64,000 bases of DNA. It comes from Eledone cirrhosa (Eukaryota). Location of the stretch: NCBI GenBank assembly GCA_964016885.1, contig OZ024745.1:98456001-98520000 (forward strand), read 5' to 3'. The translations under genes and the position numbers were made by a program. The notes beneath the pieces are model-generated. The model did no database searches. It was not told where the DNA came from and saw nothing but the letters and a program-made list of their open reading frames with translations. How positions within the stretch are numbered: position 1 is the stretch's first letter; every line of letters begins with the position of its first letter. This document shows, one piece after another, positions 28,713 to 43,604 of this stretch.

Positions 28713-30379
28713 CTGAATGAGTGACGTGGTTATAGTTGTCTCTGTTTTAATAGGTTGTCTGTATGGTTAACAGACGAGAACGGGATACAATGTTGGTCAA
28801 AAGGACTCTGATATTCAATGGTGATATTAGTGTTAATAAGCACCGCTGGGAAGAACGGTACAGTTTGAAGGGTCCGAAATCGATGTGATTTCCAGTCGAT
28901 CGCTGATTAAGGGGATTCCCAGCAGTACAAGCTGTGCATTGTTGACGAGCAGGACTAGCAGGAACTATGGTTGGTATTTTGGAAAGACAAGGTGATTCAG
29001 CAGAAATTCTTCTCAGAAAGATGAGATGACAGCCTAGCATGGAACGACAGCTAAGATAATATGAAAGAGCAACAACACAAAAAGAAGCCCCTCTTTGGCT
29101 CCTTATAACTACTGTTTAAACATCTGGATACGTGAAATAGATATACTAAATGTGGTTGGCTGGTTAATATATATAACTGTAAAATTATAACAAAGCATTA
29201 TCAAATACAATGCAAGCAATAAATTCTAGGTTAGCGAGATGATACTATCTCAGCAAATAGACTACCATCGGCCATTTCCTGATAAGAGTCGCTAGCTATT
29301 GCATATTAACGACTAAATACTGTTGTCAAACTGTTTGATTTTATGTGTTGCTGTTAAAAGCTGTTGCTACATCAAAGAGACATTAACAGCACTGTACCGA
29401 AGTATATAATGTTTTCAGCTTTTATAATAAATTTTAAGAAATTGCAAATAGACAATTTGCTCACAATAAATAAATGAATGTGTTCGTTTTCATGATTTTT
29501 ATTATGTGCGACGCAGAGCTAGCTGCAAATAAATATCACACTGCAGTAAATAGTCGCCAACGTAAGCAATGACAGGACTGCATAATTGATAAGTGTTTCA
29601 TTAACTGGCAGTAGTAAGTTCAATTTCCTTTTATATGTGAATAGTGACGAGCTGAGTGCACCGACTGAATGACTTCGACCAATATACATAATATGTAAAA
29701 GGGGCTTTCAAGTGGTGCACTCAAAATTCACTGGTTTTTAGCCTCTCAAAGACACGAATAAAAACCAATCGTTAGGTGCATACAGTAACTGTCACACATG
29801 AACAAAATGTCAGTGGTAAAATCACTAATTAGAACAACATTTTCAATTTCTTTCATAAACTAAGCTTTAGATATAGAAATACAAAGAAAACTTCTTTCTG
29901 ACATTGGCACAGGGACAGCAATTTTGTGAGGGGGTGGGGTGAAGATAAAATGCTTTCTGATTTAGGCACGAAGCCAGCAATTTTGGCGAAGAGGAAAGTC
30001 GATTAAATCGACACCAATGCATTACTGGTACTTTTTCTTATCGGATGAATGGCAAAGCTGTTTATCCGAGGAGTTTGCAGATCCACTATCCAAGTTACAC
30101 CTTCAGCTTCATACCCATCATTATTGGAGCTACAGGTTATATATACCAACCAGCTTGAACCAAAGTATAATTGAACTTGCATTTGTGGACAAAGAGCGCA
30201 GCTCCCTAATTCATAGACTACAAATGGCTGCGATATCTAACACCTTCAAAATTTACAAAACATTCTGGTGATTCAAGGGATGACAATTTTCTTTTACAAC
30301 CTTACCACCAGGAAGGTGGCAGGGCAAAAATGTACACGAAATTAAAATAAAGAGAAGCATACATACATACATACATACA

Positions 30380-30989
30380 TGATAATCGCTGCCCCCTCGT
30401 TATCGAGTATGGCCATTGCACGATATACCATTATTAATAATTATTAATTAATTCTATCGTGCAATGCCTATGCATGAAGATATTTTTTAAAGTGAGGAAA
30501 GACTGTGCACTGAGCCAATCCCACTCTCTGAGCGACAGTAGCTATAACCCGAAAAGAAGAAAAGATCAACATCATCGGTAACTACTGAGCCGCGGGTTTT
30601 ATATCGGAGTTATCCCAGTTTCCTGAGTTGCCTTCTCCTAGAAGAATGCCCTGACAAAGGCTAGGGGTCCTTCTCTCCCAGTGGTTTAAACGCGCGATCG
30701 GGAGTCCAGCCCGGCTATTTCTATGTCCCCGCGCATATACATACACATGCACCCATGTATATACACACACATATACATACATATGTACATGTGTATATAC
30801 ATATTTACACACTTTTGGATGGCCGTTGACTCTCATGAGTTCTTCCGCCCTTTGTCAGGTTTTGTTTTTTGTCCTGCAGGGTATCCAAAATCATCCTCCT
30901 CACCAAGTAAACTTGGTGGGGTTGCCGGTTTAGTCGCCGACGATCCGACTGGGTTACATGTTACCAGTAGCACTCAAGAGTGACCCGAC
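30380..30989. mobile_element. ~600-bp non-coding interspersed element flanked by (CATA)n; copies at 31008-31614 and 36470-37280
   Basis: High identity to 36690-37280 (TTATCGAGTATGG..ATTGCACGATATACC...GTGACCCGAC). Confidence 0.75.
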
Positions 30990-31007
30990 ATACATACATA
31001 CATACAT

Positions 31008-31614
31008 GGTGGCTGCCAACTCGTTTTCGAGTACGGCCACTACTTTATATCCATGTAGGAGAACCCCTCACGATGCGCTGATCGAGTGTGACTTTTTAGT
31101 CCAGCCAGCGACTTGAAAACACTGGTATAAACACTACACTTGTGACAATTATTGACACATAGTGCTGGGCTCATGGTACCATGTGACGATAAGTGCAGAG
31201 AGATCTCCAGATATAAAGCAATGCCTGTGCCGTGAAGCTTTTATAGTGAGCAAAGGCACTGCACAAAGCCAGTCCCACTCTCTTAATCAAGATGATATTT
31301 ACCAAAAAGAAGAACAAGTCAACATCATTGGATACCATCAGGGTTGCAGGTGTTATATCAGAGTTTTCCTTCTCCTAGAATTCTGCCTTGACAAAGGCTA
31401 AGGGGTCATCTCTCCCGGTGATTTTGGATGGCCATTGACTCTTAAGAGCTCCTTTGCCCTTTGACAGGTTTTGTTTTTAGTCCTGCAGGATGTCCAACGT
31501 CACCCTCCTCACCAAGAAACCTTGGTGGGGTTGCCAGTTTAGTCGCCAACGACCCGACCATGAGACAGGTTGTACTGGGATACATGTTACCAGTAGCACC
31601 AACTGGTGACCTGA
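31008..31614. mobile_element. Diverged tandem copy of the (CATA)n-flanked element
   Basis: Shares CCCACTCTC, CTGACAAAGGCTA.GGGG, CAGGTTTTGTTTTT and ACATGTTACCAGTAGCAC blocks. Confidence 0.65.
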
Positions 31615-31998
31615 CATACGTACATACATGCATACATGCATACATACGTACATACTTAATGTCAGTCATAAAATAATTAATTAGCAGAACATTTAGATTC
31701 TCCTCCACAAATAAAGCACTAAGTAAAGAAACCCAGAGAATTAAATAAACACTAACTAATGGATGGTATTCTTAGAAACTAGACTTTCCTACAAAACATG
31801 AGACACTATGCTAAAAGTGTAAAGTCTGTCTGGAGCCTGGAGGCTTATGAAGCCGGTGCTTAACTTGGTTTTTGTTGCGTTAAGTGACTGGGAGTACGAG
31901 AACCCTTCCCTAGACAGGACGCCAGTCCATTGGAGGGTTAAACCCCCAACTACTGCTGATACTCATTTTCAGCTGAGTATACTGGAACAACGTGAAAT

Positions 31999-32498
31999 TT
32001 TCTTCTTTCTTGCCGTATGACATATGCGCAGTAGCTAAAGAGACAGGTGGAGATCAGTAAGCTAGACCAAGGTGTCATTTACAGCATTATGGATAGCCTC
32101 CAGGTTGCCAGGAAAACATCTGAGTGGGCAATCCTGAACCACATGCAGTACTGTCTAGTCAGGGTCCCCACAGTCACATGCTGGGCTGTCTTTCATTTTC
32201 CATGATGGGATGTCCTGGCATGTGTTGTGCAGATCCGATTAAGGGACACCCATTGCTTTCTGTGAAGGTCAAGGCCGGCTGGTTTAGATGTGGGGTCCTG
32301 GACGAAGTCTTGGTTGGCAAATTTGGACTCATCCCATGATCTTCGCCACTCTTCCTTTAGATCAATGTTATTATCCTGAAGGGTCTCCATCGGTTCCCAG
32401 AATGGCTATCGTGATTTCAAGCGCATGATGGGAAGGTTTCCAGGTCTTCATGGATAGGGGAAGGTTGGGCTTGGACTTGGAAAGAAGTACTGCCTCGC
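31999..32498 (-). mobile_element. Vingi/Ingi-like LINE 3' fragment inserted in an S2 SINE
   Basis: RLKSR*PFWE...GLDLHRKQWVSLNRI...SPACDCG..HVVQDCP. Target duplication GGA.CA.CGTGAAAT at 31984-31998 and 32499-32513. Confidence 0.65.
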
Positions 32499-32959
32499 GG
32501 AGCATCGTGAAATGAAGTGTTTTGCTCAAGAACACAACACTTAATCCGGTTCAGTAATCGAACCCACGACATTATAATCGTACTACTAGAAATACACTAA
32601 CCACTCTTAGGTGTATAATCCTTATTCAGAAGAGCATTAAGATTCTCCACCACAGACAAAGCACCAAAATAAAGAAATCTACAGCATATAACAAAAACCA
32701 ATCAGCAATAGATATTTTAATAAGCCATAGAATTATATAAAAAGACGGCGACACATACCGCCAACACCACTTCATCCTGAAGATTAGACTGTAAATATCT
32801 AGAAATAGGTTAGACAAAGGAGATAAAACTAAAGAACTCGTATATTCGTTGCATATGTATGTGCATATGTATGTGCATATATATGTGTATGTGTGTATGT
32901 AGGTGCAATTGTTTTATAGTTTTGTGAATACTTAGTAATTTCTATGGACGCGTAACATA

Positions 32960-33035
32960 GTTTTGGTACCCTTGAAATATATATAATAGAATAAATATGG
33001 TTTTATAAATATAGTTTCCATTTATTTAATATCAT
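32960..33035 (+). mobile_element. Family C arm fragment abutting (TA)n
   Basis: CCTTGAAATATATATAAT..AATAAATATGGTTTTATAAATATAGTTTCCATTTATTTAATATC matches 9395-9457. Confidence 0.7.
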
Positions 33036-33038
33036 TGA

Positions 33039-33101
<63 letters not shown>

Positions 33102-33287
33102 TAAACGGAATAGAAAATGCTGACAAATTGTTCACAGTTGAAAAATGGTTTAATTAGGAATAAAAGAGTATTAGTGATTGTATGGGTTAGTATTCAGTTG
33201 TGGTTTTAAGTTTTTAAGTTTTTACCGGTTGCGCATTTCTAAATGCTTTTCAAAAATAATTTTGAGATAGAGTGTCCGTGCTGTTAT

Positions 33288-33774
<487 letters not shown>

Positions 33775-36448
33775 TCCAGTTTGACATAGGCAGTTACTAT
33801 GCCTCTATCTGCCCCATACTCTTAAACAAAGCCCTTATTTTAACTACATCTAACACTAACCTCACTAAAAAAGAGATAGAGATAGTACTAGCAGCGTGCA
33901 GAACTATTATCCAGTTCGAGATTTCCCATTGGACCAGAACAATCCGTCCTGATAACTTCGATATCACGATGGGGTCTAGTGACTCGGCGCAAGCGACTGA
34001 CCTGGTTGGAATATACCTGCTCCATAGACTTAGGGACGAGATCCTGGTCCTACAAGGAGGTGTATATAGGGACGACGCCCTATTTACCGTTACGAACCAT
34101 AGCCCCCGCGGGATAGAGAACCTTAACAAGTGCATACCCAGGTTCTTCAAATCATACGGCCTATCCGTGACTATAGACCTCAACCACCAGATAGTTAATT
34201 TCATAGACGTGACGCTGGAGTTGGGTACGGGCCTGTACAAGCCATGCCATAAGCCCGGCGAGATTCTATCATATATAAATTATGCAACCAACCACCCTAA
34301 GTCTACTCTCAACTCCATAGTATATAGCATATCCCATAGGATCTCGAGGCTATCCGCCAACGAGGACATCTTCAACCAAGCGGCTGACTACTACAATAAA
34401 GCCTTGGTAGATGCCGGATATAACCGAATAATCTCCTACCTCCTTAACGCAGACTCTAGAAACCTCCCCCATCATAGGACTAATGTTATAGCAAGCCATA
34501 CCTATAACCGAATACGCAGCAGTCATGATAGAGTCAATAATTATAGAATAGAGAATCGCACTAAGAAACACGGCCGTAGCGTTAACTACCTGGGTGGTGG
34601 CGTAGTAGACCTACCGCATAATAAGGCTCATGATACGGGCAACGGTAGCCGCTGTAACCTCCTAGAATTATTCCCTGCCTATAGGATTAACAATAGCGAT
34701 GGCCTATTACTTACACCATCCAACCGGCGTTTAACTACACGTAAACGTAACGCAAGGAAAGCTAGTTACCTGAGCATAAAGTGAAGGGGATGCGCAGTAG
34801 GCTGAAGCACAGTAGCAACAATAAGAACGGTTACCTAGCCAACACGACCCGTAATAAGCCCACGGCTACGCGTAACCGCCAACGTAATGTCCTATGGTTC
34901 CATCCTCCCTACTCTTGGAGTGTGGCCTCTGATCTACCTAGAATATTCTTCGAAGCTTAGAGAAGAACTTCCCACCCAACCATCAGTACAGAAAAATCCT
35001 CAATAAGAACAATGTTAAAATATCCTTCTCCGCTACACCTAATCTAGCAGACATCATAGGGATAACTAATTACAGTAAACTCACCAAAACACGGCACCAT
35101 AGCAGCGATAGGTCTAGACATGACAGCAACTCTAATAGCCTTAACGTTTCCCCAGCAGCACCCGATAATGTTGGTGGCAGCCTCAACGGACGCAACCGCT
35201 AAAATGGCGGTGAGACTGGGGAGCATACTGGCGACCAGTACGGGTCGCGAGGCGGCAACAGAAGGCGCTGTGGCGCGCGGAGTGATAATTGTACTACCCC
35301 GCGCGCCATTGGATATAATAGTACTAACTACGGAGATGGCGGCGGTTGTGTGGATAATAACGTAGGTAGTGATTGTAATACTCTTACTTCGGGCACTAGG
35401 AGCCACCGTAGCGGCAGCGACCGCGACCGACTCTGCAACTGTCGTGACCCAGGAAGCTGTCCGCTCAGGGGAAGTTGCCTGACAGACAATATTATTTATA
35501 GGTGTACTGTAACTAGCCATAATAGTGTCAAACATTATATAGGGGCCACCTCTGGCTCGTTCAAAACTAGATTTCGAACACATCTCCACTCTTTTAGAAA
35601 CAAGAAGCTAAGGTACTCCACATCACTCACCAATTACATCACACCATTGAACGACTCCAACATCAGCTTCTCCACATACTGGGAAATTGTCAGCAGGGCA
35701 ACACCTTACAACTTCAAGAGGAAGTGCCAGCTCTGTCTCATGGAGATTTACCATATCGTAAGAGCACCCCTAGATCTCATCAACAGCAGAGCAGAATCTG
35801 TGATAAACTGCGGACACAGAATACAGCAGTCGTTCTATGGTTGGACACCGGTTGGTATCTGAACACCATAAACCGGGTCCCTCTGCGCAAAACCATAACA
35901 TGCCGGAGGGCGGGGTGTATAACTAAACATCTGTACACCAACTATGCCTCTTAGATCCGGCCTGACTAAGCAGTAGTAAATTGGCACCCATAAAATAGTA
36001 GTGGAAAACAATCATCATGTGAACGGATAATAAGCCATTTAGGGACACTTATTCAAACACCGGTCAGAGTTACTTCCCTTGCTCTGTGGTGTAAACAGCC
36101 ATGTCTGTTTGAATCAAACATGAACTTCGATGTGGTTATCATCTTAAAACCCCTTCTGGGTTCTGTATTGAACACTCTCTAGATTTGTATGCCCTTGAGA
36201 ATCCCTTTTCGGGCGAAACGTACGTAGGTCCTTATTGTATAAACATGTTCTAACAGTCTATATTCTCTTTCGTAATTCTTTCATTTGTAACCGCTCTGCT
36301 TATATTCTCGTCCACTAAATATTAACGCTTCCGATATTTAACCCTGTATGCACAAGTAATGAGCACAAATGCACCAGCTTATGGCAACTAGTTATATCTA
36401 TCGCTTATCCCTTTAAACTTTCTACTCTCTCACGATACTAAAATATTC
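33775..36448 (+). mobile_element. Penelope-like retroelement (Hydra-clade-like), 5'-truncated RT + GIY-YIG with retained 3' pLTR-like end
   Basis: [44 protein letters not shown] (34065-34076), [61 protein letters not shown]. Degenerate HHR at 36191-36229 and hairpin at 36293-36364. Confidence 0.92.
36191..36229 (+). ncRNA. Degenerate minimal hammerhead in the PLE 3' end
   Basis: CCC-TTTTC-GGG stem II, GAA-ACGTACGT-A (palindromic stem III, GUA). The CTGANGA box is damaged (CTTGAGA). Confidence 0.55.
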
Positions 36449-36509
36449 TATATATAGATGACGACGATGATGGCCGCCCCCACGTTATCGAGTATGGCAA
36501 AAAAACGCG

Positions 36510-36690
36510 TTGGATTGGCAGTATCGGTAGAGGGTCGGACGCCATGCTTTCCAGCATAGTTACGTCCCTTTACGATCTGAGTTCAAATCCCGCCGAGGTT
36601 GACTTTGCCTTTCATCCTTACGGGGTTGATAAAATAAAGTACCAGTAATGCACTGGTAATTGCTGGCCTTGTGCCTAAAGTAGAAACAGT
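36510..36690 (+). mobile_element. SINE S1 inserted into the (CATA)n-type element
   Basis: Consensus copy flanked by duplicated GTTATCGAGTATGGCAA. Confidence 0.88.
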
Positions 36691-37280
36691 TATCGAGTAT
36701 GGCAATTGCACGATATACCATTATTAATAATCATCAATTAGTGGTATCGTGCAATGCTAATGCGTGAAGAAGGACTGTGCACTGAGCCAATCCCACTCTC
36801 TGAGCGACAGTAGCTATAACCGGAAAAGTAAAAAAGATCAACATCATCGGTAACTACTGAGCCGCAGGTTTTATGTCAGAGTTATCCCAGTTTCCTGAGT
36901 TGCCTTCTCCTAGAGGAATGCCCTGACAAAGGCTAGGGGTCCTTCACTCACAGTGGTTCAACCGCGCGATCGGGTATCCAGCCCAATTATTTCTATGTCA
37001 CCGCACATATATATATATATATGTATACATGTATATACACATATATACATATATACATATACACACATATATACATATGTCTATACACATTTACATTTTT
37101 GGGTGGCCATTGCCTCTTATGAGTTCTTCCGCCCTTTGTCAGGTTTTGTTTTTTGCCCTGCTGGGTGTCCAAAATCACCCTCCTCACCAAGTAAACTTGG
37201 TGAGGTTGCCGGCTTAGTCGCAGACGACCCGATCATGTGACAGGTTACATGTTACCAATAGCACCCAAGAGTGACCCGAC

Positions 37281-37353
<73 letters not shown>

Positions 37354-37356
<3 letters not shown>

Positions 37357-37701
37357 GTATAGGATTATCCTAGATGTAGTAATGGTTAATTACTACACTA
37401 GATATGGTTGACGTACGGTGAGAGGTTACTCAACGAGTTATGGAAGAATTGTTGAAGAAACGTAGTTCCTGATCCTTCTGTATTCCGGAGTGTAGATAAA
37501 GAATGAATAATAACAGGTAGACATTGTACATTTTAACCATTCTGCTCTGATGATACAGTGGTCACAGCATTTGATATTTGAGTTCTGCAAATAGTTGTAA
37601 ATTTGCACATAGCATAACTAGGCTGTGTTACCACCGTGGAAACATTTGTAAGCACACAGAATAAATTACCTTTTTATGATGTCTACCTGTTATTATTCAT
37701 T

Positions 37702-37707
<6 letters not shown>
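37354..37707 (-). mobile_element. Fold-back element family E between (TA)n tracts
   Basis: 29-bp inverted repeat at 37496-37524 / 37679-37707. HHR on + at 37543-37654. Tail with bulged hairpin on - at 37427-37492. Confidence 0.75.
37543..37654 (+). ncRNA. Type I hammerhead with extended stem II
   Basis: TGCT-CTGATGA-TACAGTGGTCACAGC...GCTGTGTTACCACCGTG-GAA-ACATTTGT-A-AGCA. Confidence 0.75.
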
Positions 37708-37757
<50 letters not shown>

Positions 37758-37894
37758 GTTTAAACAAATATATTAAATATTTAAGCAAATATATTAAAGC
37801 TTAAGCAAAGAATCGGTGCTTTCACCCTTATATATATATACTCTTTTACCTGTTTCAGCCATCCGGCTGAGGCCATGCTGGGGCACCGCCCTTG

Positions 37895-37919
<25 letters not shown>

Positions 37920-37925
<6 letters not shown>

Positions 37926-38088
37926 TGTAATAAACAACATAAGATAATTATTTCATTTACCAAAGGTTTCACGAAGACAGACGAGCCTGACACAGACGTC
38001 TGACCGGAGTGTTGTTTATTACATAACTAAAAAGCTCTGTAGCCTACATAGAGCACTCTCTTTTCTTTTACCCTTCCTTCGGAAACAC

Positions 38089-38091
<3 letters not shown>
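37920..38091 (+). mobile_element. Fold-back element family F between (TA)n tracts
   Basis: 20-bp inverted repeat at 37920-37939 / 38010-38029. Tail hairpin GCTC-TGTA-GCC-TACA-TA-GAGC at 38034-38054. Confidence 0.7.
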
Positions 38092-38150
<59 letters not shown>

Positions 38151-38766
38151 GAGAGAGGGGGGAGGGGGGAATCGACTCTGGTACTTTTCTTATCGATCTG
38201 GAAATGATGAAAGACAAGGTTGAGTTTAGCGGGATTTGAACACAGGGCAGAAAGCCGGAAAGTATCCTATCGGACATTCCAGCGACTGATCCAATTCGCT
38301 GTCTACATATTTTGTATAATGGTGGTTGTTTTTTTATGTCCAACCTTACACATATTCACCGAACCTACCAGGATTATCCACTATTTATTTTAATTTTACC
38401 GAACTTTAATGCATTAAAAATGACCATCACAGCCATAGATAGAAGAACATGTGTATGTGTTTATGTATTATGTATGTACGTACGTATGTATTTATTTATG
38501 TTTTTATGTATGTATTTAAAGTATGAGTGAGAGAAAATTTATGTAGTTTCTTAAAATAAACATACAAATATATTCAAAATGAACTCTAATATAAGTTGGC
38601 GATCCATATTTTTATATGTATGTATGTACGTATGCGAGTGTGTGTAACTATGTGTATGCGTGTTTGTGTGTGTGGGTAATTATGTGCATATATATATATG
38701 AGTGTGTGTGTGTGTGCTATATGTATGTTTTCTCTGTGTGCAATTATGTATGTATACATATATATA

Positions 38767-38820
<54 letters not shown>

Positions 38821-39055
38821 ATATGTGTATTTATGTGCGTTAGCAGTTTACCATTACACTGCACCAACAAATAATATGTCCCTATTTTAGTTTACCTTCT
38901 GACACTAGACATTTCTGCACGAACGAACATACAACCTCCTCGCTGCCCTGGAATTCCGCTTCATATGATTAGGTCTTTGAAACTAACTTGGCAAGTCAAG
39001 CGACCGCTTGCAGTTGATGCTGTATCACTTGACCCCCAGAGGTTATTTCTGTTAA

Positions 39056-40070
<1,015 letters not shown>

Positions 40071-40106
40071 AATAGATATACATATATATATGTGTGTGTG
40101 TGTATG

Positions 40107-40146
<40 letters not shown>

Positions 40147-40451
40147 GGAGGGGGGGGGTATGTTTGTATTTAATGTTTGCTTGTTTATATCTTTATTCGT
40201 GTACGTGTGTGTTTTGACTTGATTATATTTCATATTTTTCGAATTTGACTCTCTCGCTTCTCTCTCTCTCCCTCTCTTTATCTCTCTCTCTCTTTCTTTC
40301 TTTCTTCCCCCCCCCCTCTCTCTCCCTCTTTCTCTCTCTCCTTATCTCTTTCTCTTTCACTATCTGTTCTCCCTGCTTCACTTTTTCTCATCTCCCTCCC
40401 TTATCTCTCCTTCTTTCTCTATCTCTTTCTGTCTCTCTATCTATCTATCTA

Positions 40452-40538
<87 letters not shown>

Positions 40539-41019
40539 AATAAAACCAGGGGAAGGGAAGACCTAGACAGCTAAACAGTTTTGTTCATTCTTTGTATAAA
40601 AACATTTTGAAATTTTCAGCTGATTATAATTCTGTGATTAATCATCGAAGTATGTTTTAGTGTAGGACACCTCAACAGTAAAAACTGATTCATTTATGAA
40701 AACACCATTACACTGTAATGAATACAGTCAGGGAATATAGAAAAGGAAAAAAAGACTATATTTCATTCTTTAAGAACCTAAATGTACTTAGAAGGTCAGG
40801 TAGCGGAACAAAACATTGATATTGGATGTAGCAAGGAATGCTGCACAACTTTGCTGGCAGAGTCCATTCTCTTAGAGCATCGGACGTGCTGTCTATGTTC
40901 TATCTACTGGCCACAGTTGACCATTAGCAATGACTCCGACCGTTCGTTCCCAGAATGCCTGTTGCCTTCGTTAATATCGTGAATGCAATAGTGAATCGGG
41001 AGTAAAATGGTTAACAAAT

Positions 41020-41560
41020 TGATGTGTAAATTTGAGTGTGGGTTAAGGGTGGATAACATTTTAATTTCCTGATAATATGTCGGGTAAATTGGCAGGTAAA
41101 TTCATAGGTAAAATCATGAAGGGTGGGAAATTGGTAGGCAAAATAATGGGTAAATTGATAGGGAAAATGTTGGTAAATTGGTTGATAAATAAGTGAGGTA
41201 AAATTCTGGTAAAAATTGTGGGTACAATGTGGGTAAATAATGGGTAAATTAGTAATTAAACTTTGATGGATAAAATGGTGGGTAAAGTTGTAGGTAAAAT
41301 TCTGGGTATATTTGTAAAATTGTGGGTATCTTTGTGACTTAATATGTGGGTAAATTAGTAGACAAAATTGTGAGTAAATTAGTGGGTAATATTGTGAGTA
41401 AATTAGGGGGGAATGTGTTCGATAGATTGGGAATGTGTTCGATAGATTGTGGGTAAATTAGTTAATAAAATAAAATTATGAACAAATTCGTGGGTAAAAT
41501 GGTGGGTAAAATGGTGGGTAAAATTGAATTGTTGTTGATATCGTGGGTCAATTGGTGTGA
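41020..41560. repeat. Degenerate G/T-skewed tandem array of GTGGGTAAAAT-like units
   Basis: GGTAAA recurs more than 15 times on the + strand. Confidence 0.75.
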
Positions 41561-41777
41561 AAATTCAGAGAGGAAATAGTATTTAATATCAAGGATAAAA
41601 AATTATAGGTAAACTCAACTTTAACTTTTCTTTGTCATTTACATACCGAATACAAATGAAAATACACCCTAGACACACCACACCCCTGTGTCTCCTTCCT
41701 CAGCTCATCTTCAGTCCATAGATCATATCATTGGGAATATACACAGTCTGTTGCCAGTTGCAGTAGATGGATGCCAG

Positions 41778-43052
41778 TATACGGGGATCGACTGAAAAGG
41801 TTGACGAAGATACTCTCATGGAATGTGACTAAATGAGGTTTATTTTTCAACATAATCTCCCGTACAGTCCACACACGTCTACCATCGGTGTTGCAGTGCT
41901 TGGATCCCGTTGGTGAAGAACCTTTCATCTTTTTGGTCAAATGTAATCAACAGTAAATATGACATCATCATCACTGTGATACTAATTCCCAGCTGAGTGT
42001 TTTTTCTTGTGGGGAACAGATGTTAGTCATATGGGGCCAAATCAGGAGAATAGGGAGGGTGATCAACCAATTTACCACCACAGTCACACACAGCAGCCAT
42101 TGAAACGAACGAAGGACTTGTGTGCTAGAGTATTGTCCTGATGAATCAAGACCCCTTCAGTTTTCCTGGGCATTTTGTCTTGATAGCCTTTTGTAACTGC
42201 CTCAGCGAGTTGGCATAGTACTCTCCATTGATGGTGTGGCTCTTTTGAAGATAGTCAATAAACATAATGCTTTTTGCACCGCCAAAGACTGAAACCATCA
42301 CCTTTCCATCAAATGAAACGACCTTGACCTGCTTTGGAGCAGGTGGGGAGGGGGTGTTTCCACTGCATAGATTGTCTCTTTAACTCTGGCTCAAAGTGTT
42401 GAACCCCACACTCATCCTTGGTTACGAAACGGTCAAGGAAACCAGCTGAATCTGCCTTAAATAATGTCAGATTTTCTCGTGATGAGATCAGCCTAAGGCG
42501 CTTTTGATCAGGTGTCAGAAGACATGGCTCCCATCGAGCAGAATCCTTCATCATTCCAAGTTCATTGAGTAGAATATTCTCAACTCTCACGGGATGTGTT
42601 AATAGCATTGGCTATTTGATATATATTCAATTGCCTGTCATCCATCACTATGAGGTAAACACGATCAATATTTTCCTTGGTGGTGGCAGTTGCATGACGT
42701 CCAGACCTTTTGCATCTTCAAGATTCTCCCTTGCCCTCCTAAATTCAGCTGCCTACTTTGGCACTGTTGATAAAGCTGGACTGTCATCCTCTATTGTAGT
42801 AACCATGTCAGAATGATTGTCCTTGGGGAGTTTTTTCTGCAAGTACTTGATAATCATGATGCCAAATTTTGACCATTTTAATAGAAGTCGTTACTAGTTA
42901 CATTTGAAGTCTTCTTTGAACAGTCAGATGTCAGTTTACCTGGATAAAAACAATGCAGTTATTAATAATAGTTGAAATTAATGCATGCAAGATTTCACAG
43001 CTCTAGCATCACTCTTTAATAGTCAGCCTATGAACTTTTCATCCCAGTAGCG
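41778..43052 (-). mobile_element. Mariner DNA transposon, decayed
   Basis: ARWEPCLLTPDQK...FLDRFVTKDECGVQHFEPELKRQSMQWKH and HPPYSPDLAPYD (~42027-42062). Degenerate terminal repeats sharing TGAAAAG. Length about 1.27 kb. Confidence 0.85.
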
Positions 43053-43604
43053 AATGCATGTAGCATACAAGTATAGTTCATGTGGCAGACCATTTGTCTG
43101 CTGAAATTGATTTTTCGCAGCACCTAGACGTCACCCAAGTTTTTGTTTCTTTAGAAAGTTGAGAGGACTGAAAAGGATTGGAGCGATTTGCAGATCAAAC
43201 GAAAGAAGATGAAAGATAGTTCGTTTAAGTGGCGAGAGTGGCAAGTGAAAGGTGTTAGAAGACGTAGTTAGATTTTAGAAAAGATAGATATTTTACGGGG
43301 GAAATGAAAGGGTTCTGAGGCTTTATTGTGGATCTAGGCTCGACCAAGCGCAGCATTGACTATTGATCCAAGTTAACCCCGTGTAACGAAGAAAAGGGGC
43401 CCATTTCTTCGAGTTTGTAAAGGGAGTCTGAGTGGCAACTACATATATGATTTTCGTTTCCATCGTTCTACTAATTCTACCAATCCATTTTCATTACCAT
43501 TGATACTGGACTAAATAATATTAAGCCGTTATATAGCCGTTACTCACACATACATTGACTATCATTACTACATAGAAGGCCGGCTATTGACAGAATCTTT
43601 AGAG

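Noticed and set aside
33097-33287. TA-flanked segments here and at 47225-47390 as further hammerhead elements
   Set aside because: No HHR core, and only partial resemblance to the tail hairpin. Not supportable by eye.
40782-40990. GC-richer unique stretch as a coding exon
   Set aside because: Only short frames, no motif and no clear splice-site pair.
41020-41560. GGGTAAA-rich array as an interstitial telomere
   Set aside because: Units are irregular and not TTAGGG. Treated as a degenerate satellite.
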